From contig JAGXGS010000021.1 of NCBI GenBank assembly GCA_024636585.1, positions 59,722 to 123,721 of the forward strand: a stretch of 64,000 bases of DNA, given 5' to 3'. Positions within the stretch are counted from its first letter, which is position 1. Each line of letters opens with the position of its first letter. Below, piece after piece: positions 25,267 through 34,757 of the stretch. A model generated the notes under the pieces. The model had not been told where the DNA came from. It worked only from the letters and a program-made list of their open reading frames with translations, and did not search any database. Source of the stretch: Thiogranum sp. (GTDB lineage Bacteria > Pseudomonadota > Gammaproteobacteria > DSM-19610). The translations under genes and the position numbers were made by a program.

Positions 25267-26004
25267 TCACTGGCCGGATGCTACCGGCGTTTTTTCATCT
25301 TCCTCTGCGCTTTGCGGTGATGCCGTGCGCGCGAGATGCAGCTGACTGGTGTCGCGGGGAAACAGCAGCCAGGCCGGGAATCCGGACAGACGCAGGCCGA
25401 ACACTTCGCCAACTGCCCGCCGGTGCCCGATCGAGGCGACCTGGCCGCGCGGGCGGTAGCGAAACGGGCGGGTCGCCTGCCCGTCTATGGCGCGCACGAT
25501 GTTATCCGCCACCTGGCGCGCCTGCCGGACTGCAAATTGTGCTGTCGGCGGACTCAGCGCACCGTCGTGTGCATTGACTACCGCGGCACAATCACCAATC
25601 GCCCACAGGCCGGGCTGATCCGGCACCGACATATCCGGTGCCGTCGCAATCAGATCTTTTTGCTTGTTCACATCGAGCGTTTCAAGCAACGGGTTGGGAA
25701 CGGTTCCGATCGTACAGATCACGTTGGCGCCCAGAATCAGGTCCCCCGCATCGGTCGTTACGCCGGTGGCCGTCACCTCGCTGGCAAGCGCGTGCAGGTG
25801 AACTTCCATTCCGTGCCGGTCCATTGATTTCAGCGCAGCCTCTCCCAGTGAGGGCGCAAATTCGGAAACCAACAGCGGTGTATAGGTCATAAAGTTTTCC
25901 GCGCTGATCAGCACCACCTGCCAGTCCGATGGAATCCGCCGTTCAATGCGTCTCGCGACACCGGTTCCGGCAAACCCGCCGCCAATTACCACCACAGTGC
26001 CCAT
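25267..26004 (-). pseudogene. NDH-2-like (type II NADH:quinone oxidoreductase) gene with internal in-frame deletions
   Basis: First Rossmann fold (VVIGGGFAG) and WAIGDCA, PPTAQFAVRQA are present, but the second GGGxxGxE Rossmann motif is absent; only 245 aa. Confidence 0.7.
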
Positions 26005-26060
26005 GCGTTCCTCTATGCCGCGCAAACTCAGGGGCCATGCTAGGCTCCGCGGTCGGTCTT

Positions 26061-26080
26061 TCATTGAAAATCATCAATAG
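26061..26080 (-). promoter_or_regulatory. Crp/Fnr-type palindrome 5 (ndh-like)
   Basis: TCATTGA-AAATCA-TCAATAG; minus-strand -10 TAGCAT starting at 26042. Confidence 0.65.
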
Positions 26081-26108
26081 TTGCGGCTGCCGGAGTCGCG
26101 CTCTCGCC

Positions 26109-26128
26109 GCATTGACAATTTTCAATGC
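26109..26128 (+). promoter_or_regulatory. Crp/Fnr-type palindrome 6 (diheme peroxidase operon)
   Basis: GCATTGA-CAATTT-TCAATGC with perfect arms; extended -10 TGtCATGCT at 26144-26152. Confidence 0.75.
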
Positions 26129-26188
26129 ATAAGCGTTTGCTGATGTCATGCTTTTACAGCCGATCACCCGTACGCTGGAGACGTTGAC

Positions 26189-27352
26189 ATGACTCGCCTG
26201 ACTAACTGCCGAAGCATTGCCTTCTCTGTGTTGATAGCGGGGCTGGGCATCCCGATGGCGATTGCCGCACCGCTGGGTCTGCCGCCGGTGCCGATTCCGG
26301 ATGACAATCCTCAGACAGAAGCCAAGATTGCGCTGGGAGACCGGCTGTTTCACGACCCGCGTTTCAGCGTCGATGGCACGATAAGCTGTGCCACCTGTCA
26401 TGCACCCGAGAAAGCCTTTACCGACCACCGGCGCCTGTCGGAAGGCCACAGCGGACTGCTCGGCACCCGTAACTCACCGACAGTAATCAACTCCGCCTAC
26501 ATGGAGGAACTGTTCTGGGACGGCCGCGAACCTGATCTCGAAGGGCAGTCGAAGCAGCCGCCTGTGAATCCGGTGGAAGGCGGTCTCGCGGATATCGGGG
26601 TACTGGTTGAAAAGATTCGTAGCGAACCCTCCTATGTCGAGGCGTTCAAGGCGGTATTCGGGGTCAAGGCACAGGATATCACCGCTGATCATTTTGCCGA
26701 CGCGATCGCCAGCTTCGAGCGCACCATCATCGCCGGCGATTCCCCTTTCGACCGTTATCAGTATGGCGGTGACGAGTCAGCCATGAGCGAAGCCGCCGTG
26801 CGCGGACTCGAGGTATTCCGTGGCCAGGGCCGCTGCGTATCCTGCCATCTCATTGAGCAGACCCAGGCGCTGTTTACCGACAACCGTTTCCATAATATCG
26901 GGGTCGGCTTCAAGACCATCCGTGGCCAGGAAGCGGAAATTGCCCGTAAGTTCCTCGAAGCCAAAAACGCCGGTGCGGATGTCGACAAAACGGTACTGGC
27001 AGACAAGGAGGCTTCCGAACTGGGCCGTTTCGCCGTGATCGAAGACATTAACAAGGTCGGGGCTTTCAAGACCTCAACCTTGCGCAACATCGCGCTGACT
27101 CCGCCCTACATGCACGACGGCAGCCTGGACACCCTTGAAGGCGTAATCGATTTCTACAACAACGGCGGACGTGAAAAAGAAACCGACCCCGTTACACCCT
27201 TCCTGAGCGGCGGCATTCGTCCGCTCAATCTTTCAGATGAGCAAAAGCAGGATCTGGTTGCATTCCTCGAGGCACTGACCAGCCCGGAGATCGCCAGCCA
27301 GGTGCCCAGCACTGAAATCATCACCGGGAACACAGGAGACCAGCAACCATGA
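26189..27352 (+). CDS. Diheme cytochrome c peroxidase/MauG-family protein
   Basis: Signal peptide; CATCH and CVSCH heme motifs; RNSPT; LFWDGR; FKTSTLRNIALTPPYMHDGS. Confidence 0.92.
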   Translation: MTRLTNCRSIAFSVLIAGLGIPMAIAAPLGLPPVPIPDDNPQTEAKIALGDRLFHDPRFSVDGTISCATCHAPEKAFTDHRRLSEGHSGLLGTRNSPTVINSAYMEELFWDGREPDLEGQSKQPPVNPVEGGLADIGVLVEKIRSEPSYVEAFKAVFGVKAQDITADHFADAIASFERTIIAGDSPFDRYQYGGDESAMSEAAVRGLEVFRGQGRCVSCHLIEQTQALFTDNRFHNIGVGFKTIRGQEAEIARKFLEAKNAGADVDKTVLADKEASELGRFAVIEDINKVGAFKTSTLRNIALTPPYMHDGSLDTLEGVIDFYNNGGREKETDPVTPFLSGGIRPLNLSDEQKQDLVAFLEALTSPEIASQVPSTEIITGNTGDQQP

Positions 27353-28422
27353 GTCAGATGAATCGCAGACGATTTCTCAGAACCGGAGGTGCGGTGCTAG
27401 CCGCCAGCAGTCTGCCGTTCAGCGTGGTCGAACTGGCTTTCGGCCAATCGGGTCCGGAGGATTTCAGTTTCGCGTTCATTTCAGATTCGCATATCACCCA
27501 TATCAAGGGTGACAAGTTCGTGCGCAACTGGGATCGCGGCATGATCCAGGCGGTCGCCGAGGCCAACCTGCTGTCGCCGCGTCCGGACTTCGTTTTCTAC
27601 GGTGGCGATATTGCCCAGCTCGGCACGCCGGAGGAAATCGATCACGGGCTGGAGATTCTCAGCGGATTGCGCGGAGACGTCCATCATGTGATGGGTGAAC
27701 ATGATTATTACCTCGACCTTGGCGAACACTGGCGCAAGCGCATCGGACCCGATCACTACAGCTTCGATCATAAAGGCGTGCACTTCGTAGTGCTCAACAG
27801 TATCCTCACTTATGACGAGTGGACGCACCGGAAATGGGATACACCGATGCAGCGCATGAAGGAAATGGCGCGCCTGGACAATCCTGACGGCTCACCCTTC
27901 ATGGTCGGCGACAGTCAGCGTGAATGGCTTCGTAAGGATCTCGCCAACATCAGCAAGGACACGCCGATCGTGGTGATGTCACACTCGCCGCTGCAGAAAA
28001 TTTACCGCGGCTGGAACTTCTGGACCGAAGATGCTGAACAGGTTCAGGAACTGCTGAAGCCATTCGACAAGGTGACAGTTCTATACGGTCACGTGCACCA
28101 GATTCAGTATAACCAGATCGGCAATATCAGCTTTCATGCAGCGATGGCGACTGCCTGGCCCTGGCCGTATCCGGAAACCTTTGTCCAGGAAGCCAGCTAC
28201 CTTCCCAAACTGACCGTGGAGATGAGCCGCGCCGATCCCTTCTTCGAGCGCGACGGCACCGGGTGGCAGTTTATCAACATGCACACGGGAGACGTGGATG
28301 TGCACTACGCCCTGCCCGACAATGAAAACCGCGTAGTTGCTTTCAACGAGCAACAGGACAAGCCGGTCGACTCGCTGTACCAGGATGAGTCGAAGCAGAT
28401 TCCGCCGCAGGATCACTACTGA
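27349..28422 (+). CDS. Tat-exported calcineurin-like metallophosphoesterase
   Basis: NRRRFL twin-arginine signal; DSH, GGD, GEHD, SH and GHVH metal motifs. Confidence 0.88.
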   Translation: MSQMNRRRFLRTGGAVLAASSLPFSVVELAFGQSGPEDFSFAFISDSHITHIKGDKFVRNWDRGMIQAVAEANLLSPRPDFVFYGGDIAQLGTPEEIDHGLEILSGLRGDVHHVMGEHDYYLDLGEHWRKRIGPDHYSFDHKGVHFVVLNSILTYDEWTHRKWDTPMQRMKEMARLDNPDGSPFMVGDSQREWLRKDLANISKDTPIVVMSHSPLQKIYRGWNFWTEDAEQVQELLKPFDKVTVLYGHVHQIQYNQIGNISFHAAMATAWPWPYPETFVQEASYLPKLTVEMSRADPFFERDGTGWQFINMHTGDVDVHYALPDNENRVVAFNEQQDKPVDSLYQDESKQIPPQDHY

Positions 28423-28442
28423 AATACCCAGAGGGAAAACTC

Positions 28443-28859
28443 ATGAACAGGATTCGTTATCCGTTGACGCAGGCCGCGCTCGCCGCATTATTGCTCACCA
28501 CGCAGTCGCCGGTACTACAGGCCGACCGCTTCACCGAGGCCGATCTGGAGCGTTGGACGCAGGAGTATATGGCGGTTGTAGACAAGGGCGAGAAACTGTT
28601 TCACGGAGGGCTGGAAAATGAGAACACGGTTTCCTGTGATCAGTGTCACCCCGACGCCGCTAATACCCATCCGGAGACCTATCCCAAATTTCAGCAACAG
28701 CTGGGAAAAGTTGCGGTACTGGGAGAAATGGTCAACTGGTGCATACAGAACCCACTGGAGTCAGACCCACTGACGCTGGATGACCCGCGCATGGTCGCCC
28801 TCCAGGCCTATATTCATGAGCAACGGCGTCTGGTACCTATGGCGCCCGGCAAACACTAG
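28443..28859 (+). CDS. Monoheme c-type cytochrome, SoxA/TsdA-like domain
   Basis: Signal peptide; CDQCH; ETYPKF...LGEMVNWCIQNPL with a candidate Cys axial ligand. Confidence 0.8.
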   Translation: MNRIRYPLTQAALAALLLTTQSPVLQADRFTEADLERWTQEYMAVVDKGEKLFHGGLENENTVSCDQCHPDAANTHPETYPKFQQQLGKVAVLGEMVNWCIQNPLESDPLTLDDPRMVALQAYIHEQRRLVPMAPGKH

Positions 28860-28880
28860 ACTGGCGTTAGAACTGCGGGG

Positions 28881-29102
28881 TTACATCCCGACCAGCTGGC
28901 TGCGCAGGCCCTCGCGCCGGGTATGTTCCACAAATTCCACTGCCTCGACGATGTTCGGATCATATTCGATTATCATCAGGTGCGGCCGTTCGTCGTGGTA
29001 CGCGGCGGCCATTACGCCATTCATGGCCAGCAAGGAATCACGCAGCTTTTCCCTCTGCTCGTGATCGGTATCTTCACTGATATGCAAGGTCACATCGGTC
29101 AT
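28881..29102 (-). CDS. Small HMA/ferredoxin-fold-like protein (no CxxC)
   Basis: 73 aa; GV..A......HLMIIEYDP pattern; AAGGAGG RBS. Confidence 0.7.
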   Translation of the reverse strand: MTDVTLHISEDTDHEQREKLRDSLLAMNGVMAAAYHDERPHLMIIEYDPNIVEAVEFVEHTRREGLRSQLVGM

Positions 29103-29165
29103 GTGACACCTCCTTTCATTTCATTCCCGATACCCGCATAAAGTAAATCCCGATATCCAGGAAGC

Positions 29166-29185
29166 GCATTGCGAAAACGCAAATG
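29166..29185 (-). promoter_or_regulatory. Crp/Fnr-type palindrome 7 (HMA-like gene)
   Basis: GCATTGC-GAAAAC-GCAAATG; minus-strand -10 TACTTT starting at 29145. Confidence 0.55.
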
Positions 29186-29221
29186 CCAGTGGCTTTGCCA
29201 CGGCGAACATAACCGGGAACG

Positions 29222-29241
29222 CAATTGAAGTTTTTCAATGC
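29222..29241 (+). promoter_or_regulatory. Crp/Fnr-type palindrome 8 (cfa)
   Basis: CAATTGA-AGTTTT-TCAATGC; -10-like CAAAAT at 29260. Confidence 0.68.
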
Positions 29242-29332
29242 AGCGGCGCGAGCGGCGGGCAAAATGATGTGCATCATTCAGGGGATGAGCCACTGGATGA
29301 CCACCGAAAACCTGGAAAGGAGCCGCACGATT

Positions 29333-30568
29333 ATGTCACACGCACCAGAATCCCGGGATCTCGGCCGCGCCAGTCATGCAGCCTCCCCCGGACGCTCCAC
29401 GCCACCGGCGCCACCGCGTTTGCTCGTGGAACTGCTTGAAGGCACTGGAGTGCAGTTCAATGGCAACAACGCGTGCGACATCCAGGTCCGCGACGCCGAA
29501 ACCTACCATCAGATTCTGACCCGCGGTTCACTCGGATTCGGTGAGGCCTACATGAACGGCTACTGGGATTGTCAACAGCTTGACGAAATGTTCACGGCTC
29601 TGCTGCGCGCCGAGGTCAACAGAAAGGTGCGTACCCTGCCGCGACTGCGCCTGTTGGTGAGTGCGGCAACCAGTACTGCCATGGCACGACTGGTCAATCG
29701 CCAGACCCGGCGACATGCCTTCGAGGTTGCACAGCGGCATTACGACATCGGCAACGATATATTCCAGGCAATGCTGGATCCGAGCATGTCGTATAGCTGC
29801 GGTTACTGGGAACATGCGCAGAATCTTGAACAGGCCCAGTTCGACAAGCTGGATATGATCTGTCGCAAACTTGAACTGACGCCGGGCGAGCGCCTGCTCG
29901 ACATCGGTTGCGGCTGGGGCGGACTGGCGCATCACGCCGCTGAACATTACGGCGTCGAAGTGTTTGGCGTCACCATTTCACAGGAGCAGTTGCTGCTGGC
30001 TCGCGAGCGCTGCGCCGATCTGCCGGTGAACATCGAACTCATGGACTATCGCGACCTGCGCGGGCGTTTCGACAAGATCGTATCGGTGGGCATGTTCGAA
30101 CACGTGGGACCAAAAAATTACGCGGAATTTTTCGACGTGATACGCCGGCTGCTGACTGACGACGGTCTGATGCTGTTGCACACCATCGGCAGCCGAGGAA
30201 ATGCCGGACAGACCGATCCCTGGATCGACAAATACATTTTCCCCAACGGCCGGTTGCCCTGGTCACAGCAGATCAGCGCGGCGCTGGAACCGGAACTGGC
30301 GATGCGCGACTGGCATGAGTTCGGCTTCGATTACGATCGCACCCTGATGGCCTGGTGGGAAAACTTCAACCACGCCTGGCCGGTCCTGCGGCACGCCTAC
30401 AGTCCGCACTTCTACCGGATGTGGAAATACTATCTGCACAGCTGCGCCGCAAGCTTCCGTTCCGGGCGCTCGCAACTGTGGCAGATCATGCTGACACGAC
30501 GCGGTTCGCGGGCTGACTACCGTTCGATGCGGCCGCAGAAGTTGCCCCGCACGCTGTCTACGCTCTGA
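29333..30568 (+). CDS. cfa: Cyclopropane-fatty-acyl-phospholipid synthase
   Basis: HYDIGND, MSYSCGYW, LDIGCGWGG, SVGMFEHVG, WIDKYIFP; AAGGAG RBS before ATG 29333. Confidence 0.94.
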   Translation: MSHAPESRDLGRASHAASPGRSTPPAPPRLLVELLEGTGVQFNGNNACDIQVRDAETYHQILTRGSLGFGEAYMNGYWDCQQLDEMFTALLRAEVNRKVRTLPRLRLLVSAATSTAMARLVNRQTRRHAFEVAQRHYDIGNDIFQAMLDPSMSYSCGYWEHAQNLEQAQFDKLDMICRKLELTPGERLLDIGCGWGGLAHHAAEHYGVEVFGVTISQEQLLLARERCADLPVNIELMDYRDLRGRFDKIVSVGMFEHVGPKNYAEFFDVIRRLLTDDGLMLLHTIGSRGNAGQTDPWIDKYIFPNGRLPWSQQISAALEPELAMRDWHEFGFDYDRTLMAWWENFNHAWPVLRHAYSPHFYRMWKYYLHSCAASFRSGRSQLWQIMLTRRGSRADYRSMRPQKLPRTLSTL

Positions 30569-30577
30569 ACGACCGAT

Positions 30578-33223
30578 ATGCGCTTACGTCACGCATTCGG
30601 CATTGTTCTACTGGTGGTGGTTCTGGTGATTGGCGCGCCACTGGTGGCGCTGTTCGTGGCACCCATGCTCTACGCTGATCTGATCGAGCGCACGGTGCAG
30701 GCAAGCAGCGGACTGCAGGTGCAGTTCGACGACCTCGAACTCGACCTGTTCCCTCCCGCTGTTGCCATCCGCAATCTGCGGCTACTGAATCCGCATGTCG
30801 AATTCGGCGAGCCGTTGCTGGAGATCGAGCAGTTCTCTGCGCAGGCGGACCCGAACCGCTACCTCGGCGAGGCTTCGAACTGGTGGCGATCGCGAAGCTC
30901 GGGTGTGGTGCTGCGGTCGGCCACGGATGCGTCCGGGCGCAGCAACTGGTACCGTCCGGAGCAATCCAGAGACACAGAGCCGGACGAACCCTTCGATACC
31001 CGGGTGTTCAGTTTTCGCTCGGTCACAATTTCCGACTTCGATTTTTTCCGCATTATCCAGGATCAGACTCATCATGTGCATGCCTCACAGCTGGTGCTGG
31101 AGAAACAGGCCGATGAACGGCTGCTGATAGAAGTCGACGGTAGCTATCGCGACCAGCCACTGAGCGCCTCCGGCGTTCTGGCACTCCCGGATTCCGGGCA
31201 GGCGCGCAACGTTGAGTTTCATGCTTCATTACTCGGCACCGAACTGACTGTCCAGGGCCGAATCGGGCACGATGGCATCACGCCGGGGAAGGCGGAGATC
31301 ACGGCCAGCGCCCAGGATCTTTCGACCCTGGGCCTGTTACTGAACCAGGATCTGAGCGTCTTTGAACCGCTGAATCTTGAAGCCACTCTGGAGGCGCCGC
31401 AACCGGGTCACTGGTCACTGGCAACACAGGGCCAGATTGGAGACTATCCGGTCAACGTCGACTCGACCGCCACGGTCAACGGTGAAACTTACGAAATCGA
31501 GAACCTGAAAGTTGAACTCGGCGATAGCCAGGCGACTGCGCAGGGCGTCATCGATCGGGATGGCAAGTCACTCAGAGCCAGCCTCTCAGCGCCGCGCCTC
31601 GACCTCGACCCGATGCCATTCACCCGGAAGAATGAGCGTCCGCGAAAACCGTCAGACCTTGCGCTGCTGCAGCGCTGGTCACTGGACATCGATGCCCGGG
31701 TCGATGAACTGCTTTACCAGGGCTACCAGGCAAGCGGACTCACGCTGGAGGCCGACAGCGACGCCGGTAGCGTCGATTTCGGCGCTCAGCTCGAAGCACT
31801 CGAGTCAACCACTGACGAACAGCCGCGCTGGCAACTCGTGGCACCGCTGAAATTCAATGGCAGTTTCGACCCGGCGCCCAAAGATGACAGCGCCGGAATG
31901 CTGAGCATCCGCTTCAATACCCGCGGTCTGGAGGGCGAACTGGAGACCGGTCTGCCTGCCGATCCAGACCAGCAGTTCCAGGGGCAAGTGCAGATGCGGG
32001 TAGATGATTTCTCCATCCTGCGCGGCATCGATACCAGCACCTGGGAGAAGTTCCTGCCGATCAAAATTTCCACGGAGGCGCAGGGTACGCCGTTGCGACT
32101 GACGTTGGACCCACTGAAAGTCACCCTCAGTGACGATCAGGTCGAAGGTCGACTGATCCTTGACAGGTCGAGTGAACCGTTAGGTATCAGCGGCGCACTG
32201 CACGGCTCGGCACTGGATATAAAGCGTGTCGCCACCATTCCGAAAGGTGCCGCCGAAGATCCAGCAGATCAGCGGGAGGCGTCGGAGCTGGTGTTCAGCG
32301 ATGAGGCCATCGACTGGTCATGGCTCGAGGCCGCGGTTGTCGACATGGAACTGCGCCTTGACCAGCTCACTTTCAACCAGTCGCGGTTCCGCAACGTCCG
32401 CGCCCAGGTAACGATGCAGGACGGCAAACTCGAAATCGATCCGTTCGATGCCGATCTGGAACAGGGCGGTGTCCGGGGACATCTTCGAATTAACAGAGAG
32501 GCTGCCGGAGCTGCCGTAGAAACCCGCCTCATCGCCACCGAACTGGTGCCCGCGGACCTGGGTCAGCGCGACAAGGGGCTCATCGATGGCGGCGAAACCG
32601 ACCTGTTCATGGATCTCCGTGCCAGTGGCTCGAGTCCGCATGAACTGGCTGCCGCACTGCAGGGCGAAATGGCGATGGAAGTCCAGCACGCGAGCATCCG
32701 TAATGATTTTCTGGACCTGATCGGCTCCGATATCCTGACCCAGACGTTCAGTCTCATCAATCCGTTTGCCGAGAAGGACGAACGAACCGAGCTTGAATGC
32801 GCGGCGCTTGGCTTTACGGCCAGCGACGGCCTGCTCGTGAGTCCCGACCAGATCGTCATCGAGACCGGCAAGCTGAAAATTCGGGGCGGTGGTGAAATCG
32901 ATCTGAGCGAAGAAACCCTGCGCATCGACCTGGTGCCGAGTGCGCGCGAAGGCCTCGGCATCAGTATTGGCGACCTGGCGCGCCTGGTCCGGCTCGGCGG
33001 CACCCTGAGCAATCCGCAGCCGGTGGCCGATCCGGAGGGGGTTCTCAAAACCGGAGCCACTATCGGCGCTGCCATCGCTACCGGCGGTGTGTCACTACTC
33101 GCTCAGGGATTGTTCAACCGGGCCCGCAATGTCGGCACCGCCTGCGGCAAGATATTCGAAAATGTTGCTGAAGTGCCGGAAGGCATCGATCCTTCGGAGC
33201 CAGGCACCGACGCCGAAGATTGA
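30578..33223 (+). CDS. AsmA-family protein
   Basis: 881 aa; N-terminal TM; beta-rich; C-terminal ELEC...GGGEIDL...VRLGGTLSNP pattern. Confidence 0.8.
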   Translation: MRLRHAFGIVLLVVVLVIGAPLVALFVAPMLYADLIERTVQASSGLQVQFDDLELDLFPPAVAIRNLRLLNPHVEFGEPLLEIEQFSAQADPNRYLGEASNWWRSRSSGVVLRSATDASGRSNWYRPEQSRDTEPDEPFDTRVFSFRSVTISDFDFFRIIQDQTHHVHASQLVLEKQADERLLIEVDGSYRDQPLSASGVLALPDSGQARNVEFHASLLGTELTVQGRIGHDGITPGKAEITASAQDLSTLGLLLNQDLSVFEPLNLEATLEAPQPGHWSLATQGQIGDYPVNVDSTATVNGETYEIENLKVELGDSQATAQGVIDRDGKSLRASLSAPRLDLDPMPFTRKNERPRKPSDLALLQRWSLDIDARVDELLYQGYQASGLTLEADSDAGSVDFGAQLEALESTTDEQPRWQLVAPLKFNGSFDPAPKDDSAGMLSIRFNTRGLEGELETGLPADPDQQFQGQVQMRVDDFSILRGIDTSTWEKFLPIKISTEAQGTPLRLTLDPLKVTLSDDQVEGRLILDRSSEPLGISGALHGSALDIKRVATIPKGAAEDPADQREASELVFSDEAIDWSWLEAAVVDMELRLDQLTFNQSRFRNVRAQVTMQDGKLEIDPFDADLEQGGVRGHLRINREAAGAAVETRLIATELVPADLGQRDKGLIDGGETDLFMDLRASGSSPHELAAALQGEMAMEVQHASIRNDFLDLIGSDILTQTFSLINPFAEKDERTELECAALGFTASDGLLVSPDQIVIETGKLKIRGGGEIDLSEETLRIDLVPSAREGLGISIGDLARLVRLGGTLSNPQPVADPEGVLKTGATIGAAIATGGVSLLAQGLFNRARNVGTACGKIFENVAEVPEGIDPSEPGTDAED

Positions 33224-33230
33224 TCGCTGC

Positions 33231-33250
33231 AGGTTGCGATTTTTCAATTC
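33231..33250 (+). promoter_or_regulatory. Crp/Fnr-type palindrome 9 (DUF2892 operon)
   Basis: AGGTTGC-GATTTT-TCAATTC; extended -10 TGtTACTCT at 33267-33275. Confidence 0.55.
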
Positions 33251-33307
33251 CAGGCCAACTGCGCATTGTTACTCTGATCACAGTCCACTGATAAAAAGGA
33301 CGCCAAC

Positions 33308-33526
33308 ATGAAGCAAAACATGGGAACTGTCGATCGCGTCATCCGGACTCTGGTCGTCGTGGTGATCGCCGCGCTGTATTTCATGGGTGAGATCACCGGT
33401 ACCGCAGCTATCATTCTGGGAATTATTGCTGTGGCGCTGTTAGTCACCGCTCTGGTCGGCATCTGTCCAGGCTACCTGCCGTTCCATATGACGACGAAAA
33501 AAATCTCCGCAAAGGAAAAACGATGA
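33308..33526 (+). CDS. DUF2892 (YgaP-like) membrane protein
   Basis: NMGTVDRVIR...TALVGICPGY; two TMs. Confidence 0.88.
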   Translation: MKQNMGTVDRVIRTLVVVVIAALYFMGEITGTAAIILGIIAVALLVTALVGICPGYLPFHMTTKKISAKEKR

Positions 33527-33533
33527 ACGGTGC

Positions 33534-34109
33534 ATGAACGACTCCGGCACATCATCACACCCCGTCATCCTGGCCATGTTCGACGACGAGTCAAAAGCCG
33601 AGCGCAGCGTACGCGACCTCATCGAACATGATTTCCCAATGGACATGCTTTCGGTACTGGGCAAGGCACAGAGCAGCGGCGATGATCCGCTCGGCCTGTA
33701 CTATGCGAGCGCCGGCGAACGCGCCAAAGGCTGGGGCAAGATGGGCGCGTTCTGGGGCGGTCTGTGGGGATTGTTCACCGGCGCTGCGGGGCTGTTTCTG
33801 ATTCCCGGAGTCGGTCCGATCATTGCCGCCGGTCCGGTGGTCGAAGCAGTTGTCGGTGCGGCTGCCGGTGCTGGAGTCGGTGGCGGCGTGATGGCAGGTG
33901 CCGCCGGTCTGTCGCACCTGGTTGTGGTGATGCGTCGCATGGGTATACCCGAAGCACAGCGTGAAGAGGTGCAACAGGCCATCGAGAGCGGACACTATGT
34001 CGTCATGCTCCGTGCTGACGCCAGTGAAGAGGCACGCTGGCGAAACGTGCTGGAATCAGACGCGGCCGGACGCATAATGGCATTTCCGTTCCGTAGCATG
34101 ATCGAATAA
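33534..34109 (+). CDS. General-stress glycine-zipper membrane protein (YflT/DUF1269-like)
   Basis: WGKMGAFWGGLWGL...IPGVGPIIAAGP...MGIPE pattern. Confidence 0.75.
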   Translation: MNDSGTSSHPVILAMFDDESKAERSVRDLIEHDFPMDMLSVLGKAQSSGDDPLGLYYASAGERAKGWGKMGAFWGGLWGLFTGAAGLFLIPGVGPIIAAGPVVEAVVGAAAGAGVGGGVMAGAAGLSHLVVVMRRMGIPEAQREEVQQAIESGHYVVMLRADASEEARWRNVLESDAAGRIMAFPFRSMIE

Positions 34110-34127
34110 ATCACACTCCGCAGCACA

Positions 34128-34147
34128 CCGTTGAGAAAACGCAATGC
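34128..34147 (+). promoter_or_regulatory. Crp/Fnr-type palindrome 10 (pfpI)
   Basis: CCGTTGA-GAAAAC-GCAATGC; -10 TAATCT at 34167. Confidence 0.62.
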
Positions 34148-34217
34148 AAGCCGTTCGGGGGCTCGTTAATCTGCTGCTTTCTACGTCGCCAACGAAATGC
34201 AAATGCAGGAGTGTGTC

Positions 34218-34757
34218 ATGGCGAAGATTGCGATGTTAGTGGGACAGGATTTCGAAGATTCCGAATTCAGCGTTCCGTTCGAACGGCTGCGTGAAGCGGG
34301 ACATGAGATTGTCATTGTGGGTACTAAAGCCGGTGCCACCGTGTCCGGCAAGCAAGGCAAAAGCAAGGCGCGAATCGAGCAAAATGGCGCTGATGCGCTG
34401 GCCGACAGCTACGACGCGCTGGTAATACCGGGCGGTTATGGCCCCGACCATCTGCGCATGGACGATGATATCGTGGGATTTACCCGGGCCTTTGTGGCCA
34501 GCGGCAAGCCAGTGGCCGCGATCTGCCATGGGCCGCAACTGCTCATCGAGGCGGAAGCGGTGCGCGGCATGACCGTCACCTCCTGGCCGTCGGTGCGCAA
34601 GGATCTGATCAATGCCGGGGCCGAATGGGTCAATGAACCAGTGGTCGAGGACGGCAACCTGATCACCTCGCGCAATCCCGATGATCTGCCGGTGTTCTGC
34701 GATACCTTGCTGCAACGGCTCGAGGCTGGCGAGTCCGGCCAGGCAGCAGCATCATGA
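34218..34757 (+). CDS. pfpI: PfpI/YhbO (DJ-1 family) type 1 glutamine amidotransferase-like protein
   Basis: FEDSEF, ALVIPGG, AAICHGP, ITSRNPDDLP; AGGAG RBS. Confidence 0.9.
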   Translation: MAKIAMLVGQDFEDSEFSVPFERLREAGHEIVIVGTKAGATVSGKQGKSKARIEQNGADALADSYDALVIPGGYGPDHLRMDDDIVGFTRAFVASGKPVAAICHGPQLLIEAEAVRGMTVTSWPSVRKDLINAGAEWVNEPVVEDGNLITSRNPDDLPVFCDTLLQRLEAGESGQAAAS

